DNA of 63,896 nt, the filler included, from Lama guanicoe (lineage: Eukaryota): assembly GCA_013239625.1 (NCBI GenBank). It is 174 parts of 174 records of this genome, joined end to end, with 100 filler letters (N's around TTAATTAATTAA, not from the genome) between each part and the next. Parts side by side here need not be neighbours in the genome. Positions count along the whole stretch, not along the records: positions 1 to 267 come from PNXV01051026.1; positions 368 to 634 come from PNXV01051027.1; positions 735 to 1,001 come from PNXV01051028.1; positions 1,102 to 1,368 come from PNXV01051029.1; positions 1,469 to 1,735 come from PNXV01051030.1; positions 1,836 to 2,102 come from PNXV01051031.1; positions 2,203 to 2,469 come from PNXV01051032.1; positions 2,570 to 2,836 come from PNXV01051033.1; 166 more parts are not named here. One strand, written 5' to 3'. Position 1 is the first letter of the stretch, and each line of letters opens with the position of its first letter. Shown piece after piece: positions 1 through 11,745 of this stretch. The notes under the pieces are model-generated. The model did no database searches and was not told the origin of the DNA. It worked only from the letters and a program-made list of their open reading frames with translations. Both the position numbers and the translations under genes were made by a program.

Positions 1-267
1 GATGCTTGGAGAAGAGCTCACTGGGGAGAGCTGTGCCTCCACTGAGATATACTGGAACCTTTCCATAGTCTTCTTGCCCCAATAGCTGAGGCAAAGGAGC
101 AGGCAGAACGTTGGGAGGAAGAGGAATCAGTGCCCCATCCTTGTACTAACCATCAGGTACTGCAGGAGTGTGATTTCAAGTAAGTACTGAGTGAGTGTGG
201 TACCATCGCCACCTCCATTGTGTTAGATGAGGAAACTGTGGAACAGTGTAACTAATTCTGCCCTAGA

Positions 268-367
268 NNNNNNNNNNNNNNNNNNNNNNNNNNNNNNNNN
301 NNNNNNNNNNNTTAATTAATTAANNNNNNNNNNNNNNNNNNNNNNNNNNNNNNNNNNNNNNNNNNNN
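268..367. other. Artificial contig spacer N44-TTAATTAATTAA-N44 (first of 173 identical copies across the window)
   Basis: Identical 100-bp block recurs every ~367-369 bp from 268 to 63627; palindromic 12-mer gives TAA in all six frames; flanked by exact N44 runs. Confidence 0.99.
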
Positions 368-879
368 ATGATCATATGAACCATCAAGGTGCAAATAACA
401 ATTACAGCCCCATAGTCAGTGGTGGAAGAGGTGTAGACAGAGCACCGTGGGAACCCGGTGGAACAGAACACTAAGTCAGGCTGGAACAAGTGGGAAAGGC
501 TCCACTGAGAATGCCACATTTAGGTGGGATCTTGAAGGATGAATATATGGTGATTTACCTTGGTGAGGGGGCTTGGTGGTGAAGAACAGATGAGAAACAG
601 GATGCCCAAAGGCACAGGCGTGAAACGGGGCATGNNNNNNNNNNNNNNNNNNNNNNNNNNNNNNNNNNNNNNNNNNNNTTAATTAATTAANNNNNNNNNN
701 NNNNNNNNNNNNNNNNNNNNNNNNNNNNNNNNNNCACATTCTGCTCTTACAGAAAGCAGATAGAAAAATATACCCAAAGACTAGCTTTTCAGGAGCCTTT
801 CAAGGTAAAGGTCTGCCTGAATTCCAAATGAAGGAAATCATATTCAAGGGGTGGAGAGAGTCACATTATAGAGAACAAT

Positions 880-995
880 GTCTGAGATGCTGGATCAAGC
901 TGTGTCTGAAGCCCCTGATTCCTGGAATGGCTGCTGTATGAGCTGCTTTGTATAAGTCAGTCTGAATTAAATGTTCTATCATTTGCACCTAAAAA
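880..995 (+). mobile_element. MaLR LTR 3' end (MLT1J/K-like)
   Basis: ctggatcaagctgtgtctgaagcc...aagtcagtctgaattaaatgttctatcatttgcacctaaaa resembles the old MLT1 3' terminus. Confidence 0.55.
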
Positions 996-1835
996 AAAAA
1001 ANNNNNNNNNNNNNNNNNNNNNNNNNNNNNNNNNNNNNNNNNNNNTTAATTAATTAANNNNNNNNNNNNNNNNNNNNNNNNNNNNNNNNNNNNNNNNNNN
1101 NACACCTAAAACTAATATGTCATATGTCAATTATATCTCAATTAAAAAAATTAAATGTATCCCTAAAAATAAAGCTTGTCTAAAATAGCTTACAAGGTTT
1201 TTTTTGTTTGTTTTGTTTGGTATAGAAGAGTAGTAATAGGATAATGGCATTAAAAACAATAATAAATTCTAAATTGATAAAAAGTACTTAACACAGAATA
1301 TTATTTGATGTGGCAAGACTGTAATGTGATGGCAATATGAAATAATGAACAATATATACATTTTTTTCNNNNNNNNNNNNNNNNNNNNNNNNNNNNNNNN
1401 NNNNNNNNNNNNTTAATTAATTAANNNNNNNNNNNNNNNNNNNNNNNNNNNNNNNNNNNNNNNNNNNNAATTTACCATGTATTAAATGCTCTTTTAAACT
1501 TACTGGAGGCAGAAATAGCAGAAAACAGTGCTAAGTATAAGTCCATCCTCTTTGGCTGAGTGTTGCTCACTAGAGCCAGTTTATTATCAGCATAACAGGC
1601 TGCCATTAGCCCGGCCCAAACAGCAGGATCACCTAAACACAGGAAATATAGTTTGAAGGCTTGTTAATATCAATACCTTGCTATAAAACTACCAAAAATG
1701 AAAGTAAGACTTCATAAATATCAAATTAATTAATTNNNNNNNNNNNNNNNNNNNNNNNNNNNNNNNNNNNNNNNNNNNNTTAATTAATTAANNNNNNNNN
1801 NNNNNNNNNNNNNNNNNNNNNNNNNNNNNNNNNNN

Positions 1836-2102
1836 GTGGGATGGGTCTAACCTAGTAAACTTGCCCCCAGGTGGCTGCTCGGTCCCCATATGGGATGACA
1901 CCATATTGAAGATTCTGTATCTGTCTCTGGGGATGGCAGGTTGGATTCTCAACAGCATCCATCATTAGACCAGCCTTGGTGAGAGATGCCCAGAACGTCA
2001 GGCCCATGGGTAACCTCCATCTCTGCTGTCGTGGCAGCTGGGTCCACTGCACTAGCACTGGGATGGGCAAGGGCAGAGGCTGCCTGGCATCTGTAGGATG
2101 AC
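1836..2102 (-). mobile_element. ERVL/MaLR internal pol remnant, integrase N-terminal zinc-binding region
   Basis: Minus strand reads SCHDSRDGGYPWA, then after a frame change LTKAGLMMDAVENPTCHPQRQIQNLQYGVIPYGDRAATWGQV; matches the recalled ERVL integrase SGHGGRDGGYAWA..LTKADLATATAECPICQQQRPTLSPRYGTIPRGDQPATWWQVD. Confidence 0.8.
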
Positions 2103-2202
2103 NNNNNNNNNNNNNNNNNNNNNNNNNNNNNNNNNNNNNNNNNNNNTTAATTAATTAANNNNNNNNNNNNNNNNNNNNNNNNNNNNNNNNNNNNNNNNNN
2201 NN

Positions 2203-2469
2203 CTGTGCCTGACTTTTATCCTTTAGAATAAACTGGCAATGGTGAGTAAGGCGCTGCCCTGAGTTCTAGGGGCCATTCTAGCAAATTATCAAGCCCGATT
2301 TATAGTCAGGTCGGACAGAAGTGCGGGGATCGGGGCACCCCACACTTTTGTCTGGCATCTGAAGGGAGAGCAGTCCCAGGGCACTGAGCCCGTAAGCCTG
2401 TGGGGTCTGATGCAGACTTTGGGGGCTAGTGTCAGGACAGGATTGAATTGGAGACCCTGTCGGTACCTG
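2203..2469 (+). mobile_element. MER21-like ERVL LTR fragment
   Basis: aataaactgg..gtgagtaagg.gct..cctgagttct and ctggcatctgaag...actgagccc.taa.cctgtggggtctgatgc...tagtgtcag..ttgaattg motifs. Confidence 0.7.
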
Positions 2470-2647
2470 NNNNNNNNNNNNNNNNNNNNNNNNNNNNNNN
2501 NNNNNNNNNNNNNTTAATTAATTAANNNNNNNNNNNNNNNNNNNNNNNNNNNNNNNNNNNNNNNNNNNNGATGGTGGGGTCTGTGCTGACTTCTGGGGTC
2601 AATGTCAGCTAGCATCCTGGGGGTTTCTCACACCTGAACTCAGCGAG

Positions 2648-2772
2648 TCTTCACAACCACCCAGAGGAGTATCCCCTTTTCACAGCTGGGGAAACTGAGG
2701 CCTGGAGAGGCTGCAAAGTTCCCAGTCCAAGGTCACACAATCGGGAACTGGAGCGTGGAGATTTGAACCCAC
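2648..2772 (-). mobile_element. MIR SINE
   Basis: MIR core in reverse: atccccttttcacagctggggaaactgaggc...caaggtcacaca...gatttgaaccca. Confidence 0.75.
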
Positions 2773-2989
2773 AACCATTTCCCTAAGAAAGGCAAGGATG
2801 CAGCCCCGTCCATCTCCTACCCTCCCGGCTGCCCTCNNNNNNNNNNNNNNNNNNNNNNNNNNNNNNNNNNNNNNNNNNNNTTAATTAATTAANNNNNNNN
2901 NNNNNNNNNNNNNNNNNNNNNNNNNNNNNNNNNNNNTGTATGAGCTGTTACTATAGATCTTTAATTGACTCCTTGAAATAGAACTTTTT

Positions 2990-3203
2990 GGTTGTTTGTT
3001 TTTGTTAAGTTGTATGAACTGTTTGTATATTCTGGAAATTAAGCCTTTGTCAGTTGCGTCATTTGCAAATATGTTCTCCCATTCCATAGGTTGTCTATTT
3101 GTTTTGTTTATGATTTCCTTTGCTGTGCGAAAGCTTCTAAGTTTAATTAGGCCACATTTGTTTATTTTTGCTCTTATTTCTATTGCTTGGGTAGACTGCC
3201 CTA
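2990..3203 (-). mobile_element. L1 ORF2 C-terminal fragment
   Basis: Translates EWENIFANDATDKGLISRIYKQFIQLN, typical of L1 ORF2. Confidence 0.92.
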
Positions 3204-3303
3204 NNNNNNNNNNNNNNNNNNNNNNNNNNNNNNNNNNNNNNNNNNNNTTAATTAATTAANNNNNNNNNNNNNNNNNNNNNNNNNNNNNNNNNNNNNNNNN
3301 NNN

Positions 3304-3554
3304 CCGCCCCCGTCCCCGTCCCGCGCCTCCGCCCCCTCGCCCGCGCGCTGCTTCCCGCCCTCCCCGCCGCGCCGGCCGAGCCGGCTTCCCCTCGGTCTCT
3401 CATGAATATTGAGCGGCCCCTGTTGTATTTCCCGAGCTCCATTGCGGAAGCCGAGGCTCGCCATATTGTGCGGCGGCGCCGGCGGCCGCGGCGGCTTGTA
3501 CCCGACTCTCGCTCCGGCCGCGGCCAGCGGAGCCCGGGGCTGGGGCAGGAGCCG
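3304..3554 (+). promoter_or_regulatory. RNF2: CpG island: probable promoter and 5'UTR exon 1 of RNF2 (RING1B), splice donor G|GTGGGC at 3554/3555
   Basis: Very GC/CpG-rich with GC boxes; ...CATGAATATTGAGCGGCCCCTGTTGTATTTCCCGAGCTCCATTGCGGAAG..CTCGCCATATTGTGCGGCGG...GGGGCAGGAGCCG closely matches my recollection of the human RNF2 5'UTR, and the match ends at a GT. Confidence 0.7.
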
Positions 3555-3670
3555 GTGGGCGGGGCGGGCGNNNNNNNNNNNNNNNNNNNNNNNNNNNNNN
3601 NNNNNNNNNNNNNNTTAATTAATTAANNNNNNNNNNNNNNNNNNNNNNNNNNNNNNNNNNNNNNNNNNNN

Positions 3671-3937
3671 TGCGCAGAAGAATTCCAGATGATGTGCGTA
3701 GCCGCGCCGGCCTCAGGGGACAGAGGTGACAGCTCCCGGGCTGCACGCCGCGCGCCGGCTTGTTCCCAGCGCTCGGCACGGACACGGGCGGGGCAGAACG
3801 GGCACTCACGGCGGGGCGCTGCCGAAGCGACTCCAGGCAGGCGGTCAGGCCCGACACCCTCCCCAGAAGGGAGGTGATGAGTGAGGTTCTTCACCTCGGG
3901 GTCCCTCCCCAAACCCCATTACCCCAGCTTCAGCACG
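3671..3937. promoter_or_regulatory. CpG-rich fragment (gene not identified)
   Basis: High GC and CpG density over about 200 bp. Confidence 0.45.
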
Positions 3938-4091
3938 NNNNNNNNNNNNNNNNNNNNNNNNNNNNNNNNNNNNNNNNNNNNTTAATTAATTAANNNNNNN
4001 NNNNNNNNNNNNNNNNNNNNNNNNNNNNNNNNNNNNNTTTATCTATTCTACATTTTGAAATCCCAGTCTGTCCCTTCCCAACCCCTTAACC

Positions 4092-4285
4092 TTCATTTGT
4101 TAATGTGGTGTATCACACTGAATTACTTGCAAATGCTGAACCATCCTTGTGTCCCTGAGTACATCCCACTTGATCATGGTGCATGATCCGTTTAATGTAC
4201 TGTTGAATTTGCTTTGTTAATATACTGCTGAGGATTTCGGCACTTATGTTTGTTAGAGATATGGGCCTATAATTGTTTTGTGTGA
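4092..4285 (-). mobile_element. L1 ORF2 reverse transcriptase fragment
   Basis: NYRPISLTNISAEILSSILTKQIQQYIKRIMHHDQVG. Confidence 0.92.
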
Positions 4286-5138
4286 GGTGTAATTGTCTCA
4301 TTTTNNNNNNNNNNNNNNNNNNNNNNNNNNNNNNNNNNNNNNNNNNNNTTAATTAATTAANNNNNNNNNNNNNNNNNNNNNNNNNNNNNNNNNNNNNNNN
4401 NNNNCACACAAAACAATAACAATCAAAAACTGTATTATATGCGTAGTGCACCATTCAAATAGTTTTAAGTGAAACAAAATGGTCCAGTGTAGTTCCTTGC
4501 CCCTGCTGGTTCCTCGCCTGCCTTCCTGAGCCAGCTCACTGGGCCGGGTTACTTCTAGGGAGCAGGTTTTAGTTGAATTTTCTGGTGCTCTTCTTCACAT
4601 CTCTTTGCACTTCTAGTTCTTGATTTATCCACTTTAAACACTGTCTATTGAATTCCTAATAACACTGACAANNNNNNNNNNNNNNNNNNNNNNNNNNNNN
4701 NNNNNNNNNNNNNNNTTAATTAATTAANNNNNNNNNNNNNNNNNNNNNNNNNNNNNNNNNNNNNNNNNNNNTAAGATCAAGATAAAAATTACTCCTGAAT
4801 ACAGCCTTGGGTCTCATCTCTCCAGCATTGCCAGGCAACCTAGGCATCCCTCCAGAAGGAAGACAGAGCTCACAGCTCCACGCCAGGCCTGGGGTGGCAG
4901 GGTGCCTTCAGTACGGGTTTTCCGCCAGGAGCTTTTACTGTAATGGGAGGGTCCATCGGGAACTTAACAGCTGGAGTGCAGCAGGAGGATGCGTGCTGTG
5001 TGAGCAGCCTGGTGGGAAAGAACTCTGGGAGGGCACTANNNNNNNNNNNNNNNNNNNNNNNNNNNNNNNNNNNNNNNNNNNNTTAATTAATTAANNNNNN
5101 NNNNNNNNNNNNNNNNNNNNNNNNNNNNNNNNNNNNNN

Positions 5139-5231
5139 GTAAATGCCGCACTTTCCTTCACCACAACCCTGTGTCAGTACAATTGGCGTTACTGTGGGAC
5201 GACAAGAGGACCCAAGTTTGCTTTGGTGACA
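5139..5231 (+). mobile_element. ERV1-type LTR 3' terminus
   Basis: ctttccttcaccacaaccctgtgtcagt..attggc.ttactg...gacccaagtttg.tttggtgaca, ending in CA, like artiodactyl ERV1 LTR ends. Confidence 0.5.
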
Positions 5232-6003
5232 TCAGCCGGGTCCAAACAAGGCAAAGAGTGAGCATGAGGAAGTCACGTGACTTCTGCTATTCTATTCCTC
5301 CCTGTGCCTGTCCTTTCTGTTTCTCAATAGCTCTGCTCACAGATAAACTGTTAACAGGAAAGGCCTGGGAGCTGCGGGACTCACAGAGCCCAATCCCAGG
5401 TGAGGNNNNNNNNNNNNNNNNNNNNNNNNNNNNNNNNNNNNNNNNNNNNTTAATTAATTAANNNNNNNNNNNNNNNNNNNNNNNNNNNNNNNNNNNNNNN
5501 NNNNNAGGGCTGAGTCTACACTAATCAGTGGCTTTTGGCAATTGAGGACAAGCTACCCCTTTGCATAACTTGGCCCCAGAGTTTGAGCTGAATTTCAGCA
5601 ACTGTATGTCCCTCAGCTGAATGTCACTGTGCACAAACTAGCTCAGGCTTTGCTGCTCACTTAGGTTGGGTTCCTTGAAAGCAAAGCCCGAGACAGGGAT
5701 TCAGGCACAAATGGTTTACGGAGAGGGTGCTCTCTGGAGAAGGGAGTGTGGGGAGCTGGGGAAGGCAGGAAGNNNNNNNNNNNNNNNNNNNNNNNNNNNN
5801 NNNNNNNNNNNNNNNNTTAATTAATTAANNNNNNNNNNNNNNNNNNNNNNNNNNNNNNNNNNNNNNNNNNNNTACCTTACTATTTAGAAATTCTCTAATA
5901 GCTTCTTGACACATGACAACATTAAAAAATAAAACTGCATAAAGTTATTTTTCACTATAGCTTGTGTAGTTAGCACTGTTACTCCAGTTCATGTAGCCAA
6001 TTT

Positions 6004-6127
6004 CAGGTTGTCAGATTTAGTAAATAAAAGTATTGGATTCCCAAATGAATTTGGATTTCAGATAAATTGTTGTTGTTTAGCTGAAATTTAAATTTAACTA
6101 GATCCTGTAGTTTACTGGGCAACTCTA
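6004..6127. mobile_element. MER53-like palindromic hAT MITE
   Basis: Imperfect terminal inverted repeats ggttgtcag... / ...ctgggcaactcta and internal inverted aatttggatttcagataaa / tttagctgaaatttaaattt. Confidence 0.65.
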
Positions 6128-6973
6128 CCCCAACTTGCTNNNNNNNNNNNNNNNNNNNNNNNNNNNNNNNNNNNNNNNNNNNNTTAATTAATTAANNNNN
6201 NNNNNNNNNNNNNNNNNNNNNNNNNNNNNNNNNNNNNNNATGAGGACATCAAAATATCTGATTTACCATGAGATCAATTACTGAATGTTAATGTAAATGT
6301 AGTTATTGCTTAATCATGTGATTTAAAAAGCCTTTACCAAATATTACCTTAGTAAATATTACTGACCAATTTGCATGATAAACATGAATTTAGTAGGTTT
6401 TAATCTTCACAAAATAGCTTGGATAAATATTCAATGGCAACTTTTTTCAGATTAATGCTTTAAAATATATTAAAAGTCTTTAAAATAATCTGATGATTGT
6501 CATACTNNNNNNNNNNNNNNNNNNNNNNNNNNNNNNNNNNNNNNNNNNNNTTAATTAATTAANNNNNNNNNNNNNNNNNNNNNNNNNNNNNNNNNNNNNN
6601 NNNNNNGGGTGCTGAATGCAGCCTCTGCCTCTGATGGGAGAGAGCGGGGCATTTTGCCCAGCTGCGTCTGTGGCACTGGTCTCCCTCACGGGCTTGGGGA
6701 AGCTCCACCCATAAGGAAGGACCATCCAGAGAGACGCGAAACCAGCAGCTTGACCTCATGATGCCTGAGCACCTGGCAAAGAGGGTACCAGTTCTGTCGT
6801 CCTGGACCCAACCCAGTTCTCTCTTCTATGATCCACACCTTCCCTGGCTCTCTTCCAGGCCGACAAGATCTGCNNNNNNNNNNNNNNNNNNNNNNNNNNN
6901 NNNNNNNNNNNNNNNNNTTAATTAATTAANNNNNNNNNNNNNNNNNNNNNNNNNNNNNNNNNNNNNNNNNNNN

Positions 6974-7240
6974 TGGAAAAGCAAGAGATAAAGAAACAAA
7001 AAATGTCTAAAAATTTATCTGTTGGAAAATCAGACAGAAACTTGCTGAAAGCCAAGAAACAATCATCTATTCGTATTCAGGAAGTACACAGTTTCCAATG
7101 GAGGTGGAATCCCAATAGACGTACCAGAGGCTGTATGATTCAAATCAACAATGTACTTGAGCGTCCCAGTGCTTTAAAATGCACCTGGAGTAAACAACAT
7201 GGTCAGAAGAGAACCTCCAGAGGGGTTTCAGCTGATATCT
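6974..7240 (+). mobile_element. Diverged L1 ORF1 fragment
   Basis: IRIQEVHSFQWRWNPNRRTRGCMIQ...ALK...GVSADI aligns with recalled ORF1p IQIQEAQRVPNKMNPKRPTPRHIII...ILKA...RLSADFS. Confidence 0.6.
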
Positions 7241-9175
7241 NNNNNNNNNNNNNNNNNNNNNNNNNNNNNNNNNNNNNNNNNNNNTTAATTAATTAANNNN
7301 NNNNNNNNNNNNNNNNNNNNNNNNNNNNNNNNNNNNNNNNAGCCAACTTCAGTCAAATAAAGTTTTCTTTTTGGAGTTCCTTGTCTAATAGAGATGACCG
7401 GATGTATGCTTTGTTTAATATAAACAAAGCTACTTAATTCCGAATAAATTTATCTTAAGCCCTTGCTGGAGAGTTCGGTCTCTTCTGTGGTAATTAAAAA
7501 TTAAAAGACAGTTAAGATTAGTACCTTTTATTATATCTGCACGTTCACATACTCACTGGGTTGATTAGCTGACGGAGGAGCAATGGACATCATATAAACA
7601 AAGTCACNNNNNNNNNNNNNNNNNNNNNNNNNNNNNNNNNNNNNNNNNNNNTTAATTAATTAANNNNNNNNNNNNNNNNNNNNNNNNNNNNNNNNNNNNN
7701 NNNNNNNAAAAAAATCAGCGTGGGCTCCGATTCAGATCAATATTCAGCACACAGAAACAGTGATGTAACTTTCAGGTTGACTGTCAGCTTAAAGAATTTG
7801 CTAAGTATTTAGTATCCAGCCAAAGTGTCCATCATTATTAAATGGTGACAAAAAATTGAGTATGAGAAATAATTTTTCCTACAGACTTTCTTAGGTAACA
7901 ACTAGTTGTTACCAATCAACCAATTCAGAGATGACTGAGGAAAATTCTGTAAAAAGCACTAAGAACCATCATGANNNNNNNNNNNNNNNNNNNNNNNNNN
8001 NNNNNNNNNNNNNNNNNNTTAATTAATTAANNNNNNNNNNNNNNNNNNNNNNNNNNNNNNNNNNNNNNNNNNNNCCCGAGCTGGCACTCATGATCTAGCC
8101 AATTCACCATGCCACTCAATCCTAAAAGGCCAAACTGTTGCAGTTCCAGCAATTGGAACTAAGGCTGAATGCAATCAATTCTGTAAGTCAGAGCAGTTAC
8201 ATTTAATTCCCCTAAAATCATGTCATGTAACTGGAGTATTAGAAAGGCTTCCTGGCCAAATGAAAATGAGCAACTATTAATAATACCTATACACTTGATT
8301 TATATCTGTTATTCATACGCCAAGCCTGCACCCTTCTTGACNNNNNNNNNNNNNNNNNNNNNNNNNNNNNNNNNNNNNNNNNNNNTTAATTAATTAANNN
8401 NNNNNNNNNNNNNNNNNNNNNNNNNNNNNNNNNNNNNNNNNTGACTTTCCTAAAGACATGAATTTTTTGTAAAATCTCTCCAGTTCAAATTTACATATTC
8501 CTCACATTTATAACAGTACATTTTGCAGATTTTGTGCCACAGTTCCCAGGAATTGATTGCACGTGTGGCATGAGCTTTACCCTCTCACATTGTAGGCAAA
8601 AGGGGCCCATGGAGCGTGGAGTTGTGGCTCTGTTTACTAGCTTTCTACCCTGAAGTGCTGTATAAGCAAAGTCCATTTTTTATTCTATGGTGAGAAATGC
8701 CATGAAGTNNNNNNNNNNNNNNNNNNNNNNNNNNNNNNNNNNNNNNNNNNNNTTAATTAATTAANNNNNNNNNNNNNNNNNNNNNNNNNNNNNNNNNNNN
8801 NNNNNNNNAAAATTAAAGATGCTGACAAATGAAAAATAACTGGTGTAATCATTTTTCAGTTCCAAATGGATTAATGAATGTAAGCATAGAATATCATCCC
8901 TGCTCACACCTCAAAAAAGGCAAACAACCAGACATTATGTGGCCCTTGATGAAGATGAAAGAGCACATCATTACCTAGAGTCTCATCAAATATCTTTATT
9001 CTGAGTCTGATCAAGCCTTGAATACAGCTGAAAATCTGCAGGAAATGGAGAGAAGAGAGGGATGTGTTGACCTGTNNNNNNNNNNNNNNNNNNNNNNNNN
9101 NNNNNNNNNNNNNNNNNNNTTAATTAATTAANNNNNNNNNNNNNNNNNNNNNNNNNNNNNNNNNNNNNNNNNNNN

Positions 9176-9442
9176 GATGAAATGGGCAGGAGGGGCGGAG
9201 ACACCCGGTGGGTGACCCACAAATGGGCAGATAATCACCATTGTAGAGGTTCTCCCCACGGACTGAGGGGTCTGAGCCCTGCGTTGGGCTCCCCAGCCCA
9301 CGACCTGTACACGGAGGACGAGCCCTAAGGACATCTGGCTTTGAAGGTCAGTGGGGCTTACTTTCAGGAGAGACCGAGGGCTGCGGGAAATACAGACGCC
9401 ACTCTTACAGGATGCTCACAGCCTCACATGCGGGGCGACCCA
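9176..9442 (+). mobile_element. L1 5'UTR fragment (Laurasiatherian type)
   Basis: gggtgggtgacccacaaa..ggataat..cattgtagaggttctcccca..gagggtctgagccc...ggacatctggctttgaagg; homologous to 20207-20474. Confidence 0.7.
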
Positions 9443-9979
9443 NNNNNNNNNNNNNNNNNNNNNNNNNNNNNNNNNNNNNNNNNNNNTTAATTAATTAANN
9501 NNNNNNNNNNNNNNNNNNNNNNNNNNNNNNNNNNNNNNNNNNTCTAAATAAAGGCTAAATAAATACATGTTCTTAGTCCCCATCCTTAGAGACTGATGAT
9601 TCAAGCAGGATGAGGAAGGCTCTGGGCTGGCATCTGCTCTTAACAAAGTGGATTCTGATATGGTGAATCAACCACCCCGAGATGCCTGGGGATGATGCAC
9701 CCACTGTCCTGCATGAATCTCCCCTTCAGCGTTGGGGTGGAATGTGGTCCACTCTGGCCTGAGGATCAAAATCGCAGCCACGTCACAGCAAGCGTGCTTT
9801 CACGACTGCNNNNNNNNNNNNNNNNNNNNNNNNNNNNNNNNNNNNNNNNNNNNTTAATTAATTAANNNNNNNNNNNNNNNNNNNNNNNNNNNNNNNNNNN
9901 NNNNNNNNNGGGCTTTTCTTCCACTACCGTGCACTCATCTGTCCGCCTCATCTTACTCACCCACAGTGTTCTGCAGAGT

Positions 9980-10170
9980 TTGTTGGAATTTGGATCCCAT
10001 CATCCTCAAATTCCCTTATAGCCTCAGTGGTCCCTTCTCTCTCATGTTCTGATCAAAACCTGATTTTTCTCCTGAAAACACTGATTTTTGTAATGACTGG
10101 AGGCTGTGTGTTTCTCTTTTCACACACTTTTGTCTGGAGTGCGACTTGGAGTAGGGAGCTCCTTGTCCCG
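9980..10170 (+). mobile_element. L2 ORF2 endonuclease remnant
   Basis: Degenerate WNLDPIILKFPY..., LIKT*FSPENT (cf. LTETWLSPEDT) and GVGS (cf. GGGVG) motifs, in order, allowing frameshifts. Confidence 0.45.
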
Positions 10171-10814
10171 AGGTGANNNNNNNNNNNNNNNNNNNNNNNN
10201 NNNNNNNNNNNNNNNNNNNNTTAATTAATTAANNNNNNNNNNNNNNNNNNNNNNNNNNNNNNNNNNNNNNNNNNNNAATTCTCCAGGCCAGCGGGTCAGG
10301 ATAGAGAGGTGACACGAACCATCAGCCTCAGGGGAAAAAGAGGGGCTACCTCTACAGACCTTACAAACCGCTCAGAGTAACAAGGGAACACAACAGCTCG
10401 GACAACGAGATCACTGGCCTTGGCGAGAAGCTCCGGCAGAGGGGCTGGAGCGGGGGCCGGCAGGATGGCCTGACCACGGGCAGAGAGGAGATGCGTACAA
10501 GCAGAGTTCAGCTCGCTCGTGGGAACGGCAAAGGCGGGCAAGGNNNNNNNNNNNNNNNNNNNNNNNNNNNNNNNNNNNNNNNNNNNNTTAATTAATTAAN
10601 NNNNNNNNNNNNNNNNNNNNNNNNNNNNNNNNNNNNNNNNNNNTCTGTGTGTTCTGCTGTTGCCTGTAACAGTGTATCTAGTAAACCTCCCTGTGTTCTT
10701 AAACCCCCTCGGTCTTTGGTAAATCCTTTACCGCCCACACCCACTGGCCCACCTTGTGTCCCGCAACAAAAAGCATCTTTCATGTTAAAAAGTATCCTTG
10801 CTTTAACTCCATCA

Positions 10815-10910
10815 TCAGTTTTTACTTCAGGGCCCCAAGCAAGGAGTCCAAGACAGCTAGTGCTCCAAAAACCTGAACTCCTAGATGGGTTTCAGCAAAG
10901 CATTTTCAAC
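10815..10910 (-). mobile_element. ERV1-type LTR fragment
   Basis: cagggccccaagcaaggagtccaagacagctagtgctccaaaaacctgaactcc..gatgggtttcag, typical of artiodactyl ERV1 LTRs in reverse. Confidence 0.55.
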
Positions 10911-11010
10911 NNNNNNNNNNNNNNNNNNNNNNNNNNNNNNNNNNNNNNNNNNNNTTAATTAATTAANNNNNNNNNNNNNNNNNNNNNNNNNNNNNNNNNN
11001 NNNNNNNNNN

Positions 11011-11278
11011 TTAAAAAAAGGTGACACAAACTACCAATACCAGGAGTGAAACAAGGCATATCACTACAGATCCTGCAGGTTTCAAAAAAAAAAAAAACTA
11101 CAACTCTATACGCATAAATTTGATGGCACAAATGAAATTGGATCGATTCCTCAAAAAAAAAACCCCCACAAATTACCACGACTCCCCCAATATGAAACGG
11201 ATAACTTGAATAGCCCTATAACTATGACAGAAATTGAATTTGTAATTTTAAAACTCCTCCAAAATTTCCAGGCCCAGA
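11011..11278 (+). mobile_element. L1 ORF2 fragment (between EN and RT domains)
   Basis: TQTTNTRSETRHITTDP...MKLDRFL...ccaggcccaga (PGPD) with frameshifts. Confidence 0.85.
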
Positions 11279-11378
11279 NNNNNNNNNNNNNNNNNNNNNN
11301 NNNNNNNNNNNNNNNNNNNNNNTTAATTAATTAANNNNNNNNNNNNNNNNNNNNNNNNNNNNNNNNNNNNNNNNNNNN

Positions 11379-11645
11379 CACGTTCGTTCATCAAGCAGAA
11401 ATGGAATGGTTGTTGGAGAAACAATTACTGTGTTGTCAGTCTGCTTAATTGTGCCAGGTGGAAATCCTGCAGTTTTCACTGTAAAACTGAGTTAGAGCTA
11501 GTACCCCCCCATATATATGTACGTATTGTACTTACCTAATGAAAAGGAACTTCGTGTTCCCCACATGCTATGTGAAGGACGTCATTCCCACACTATTTTC
11601 TCTCATATCTTAGTATGTTTAGAGACTTTCATTCTTCTTGAAAAT
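11379..11645 (-). repeat. ~250-bp satellite monomer, copy 1
   Basis: Reverse complement aligns end-to-end with 26095-26360 (ctcagttttacagtgaaaactgc, gtaattgtttctcc, gatgaac); the contig ends repeat each other imperfectly. Confidence 0.85.
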
Positions 11646-11745
11646 NNNNNNNNNNNNNNNNNNNNNNNNNNNNNNNNNNNNNNNNNNNNTTAATTAATTA
11701 ANNNNNNNNNNNNNNNNNNNNNNNNNNNNNNNNNNNNNNNNNNNN

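Noticed and set aside
1724..1735. AATTAATTAATT at a contig end (and TTAATTAA at 21533-21540) resembling the linker
   Set aside because: AT-rich context without the N44 flanks on both sides; most likely chance
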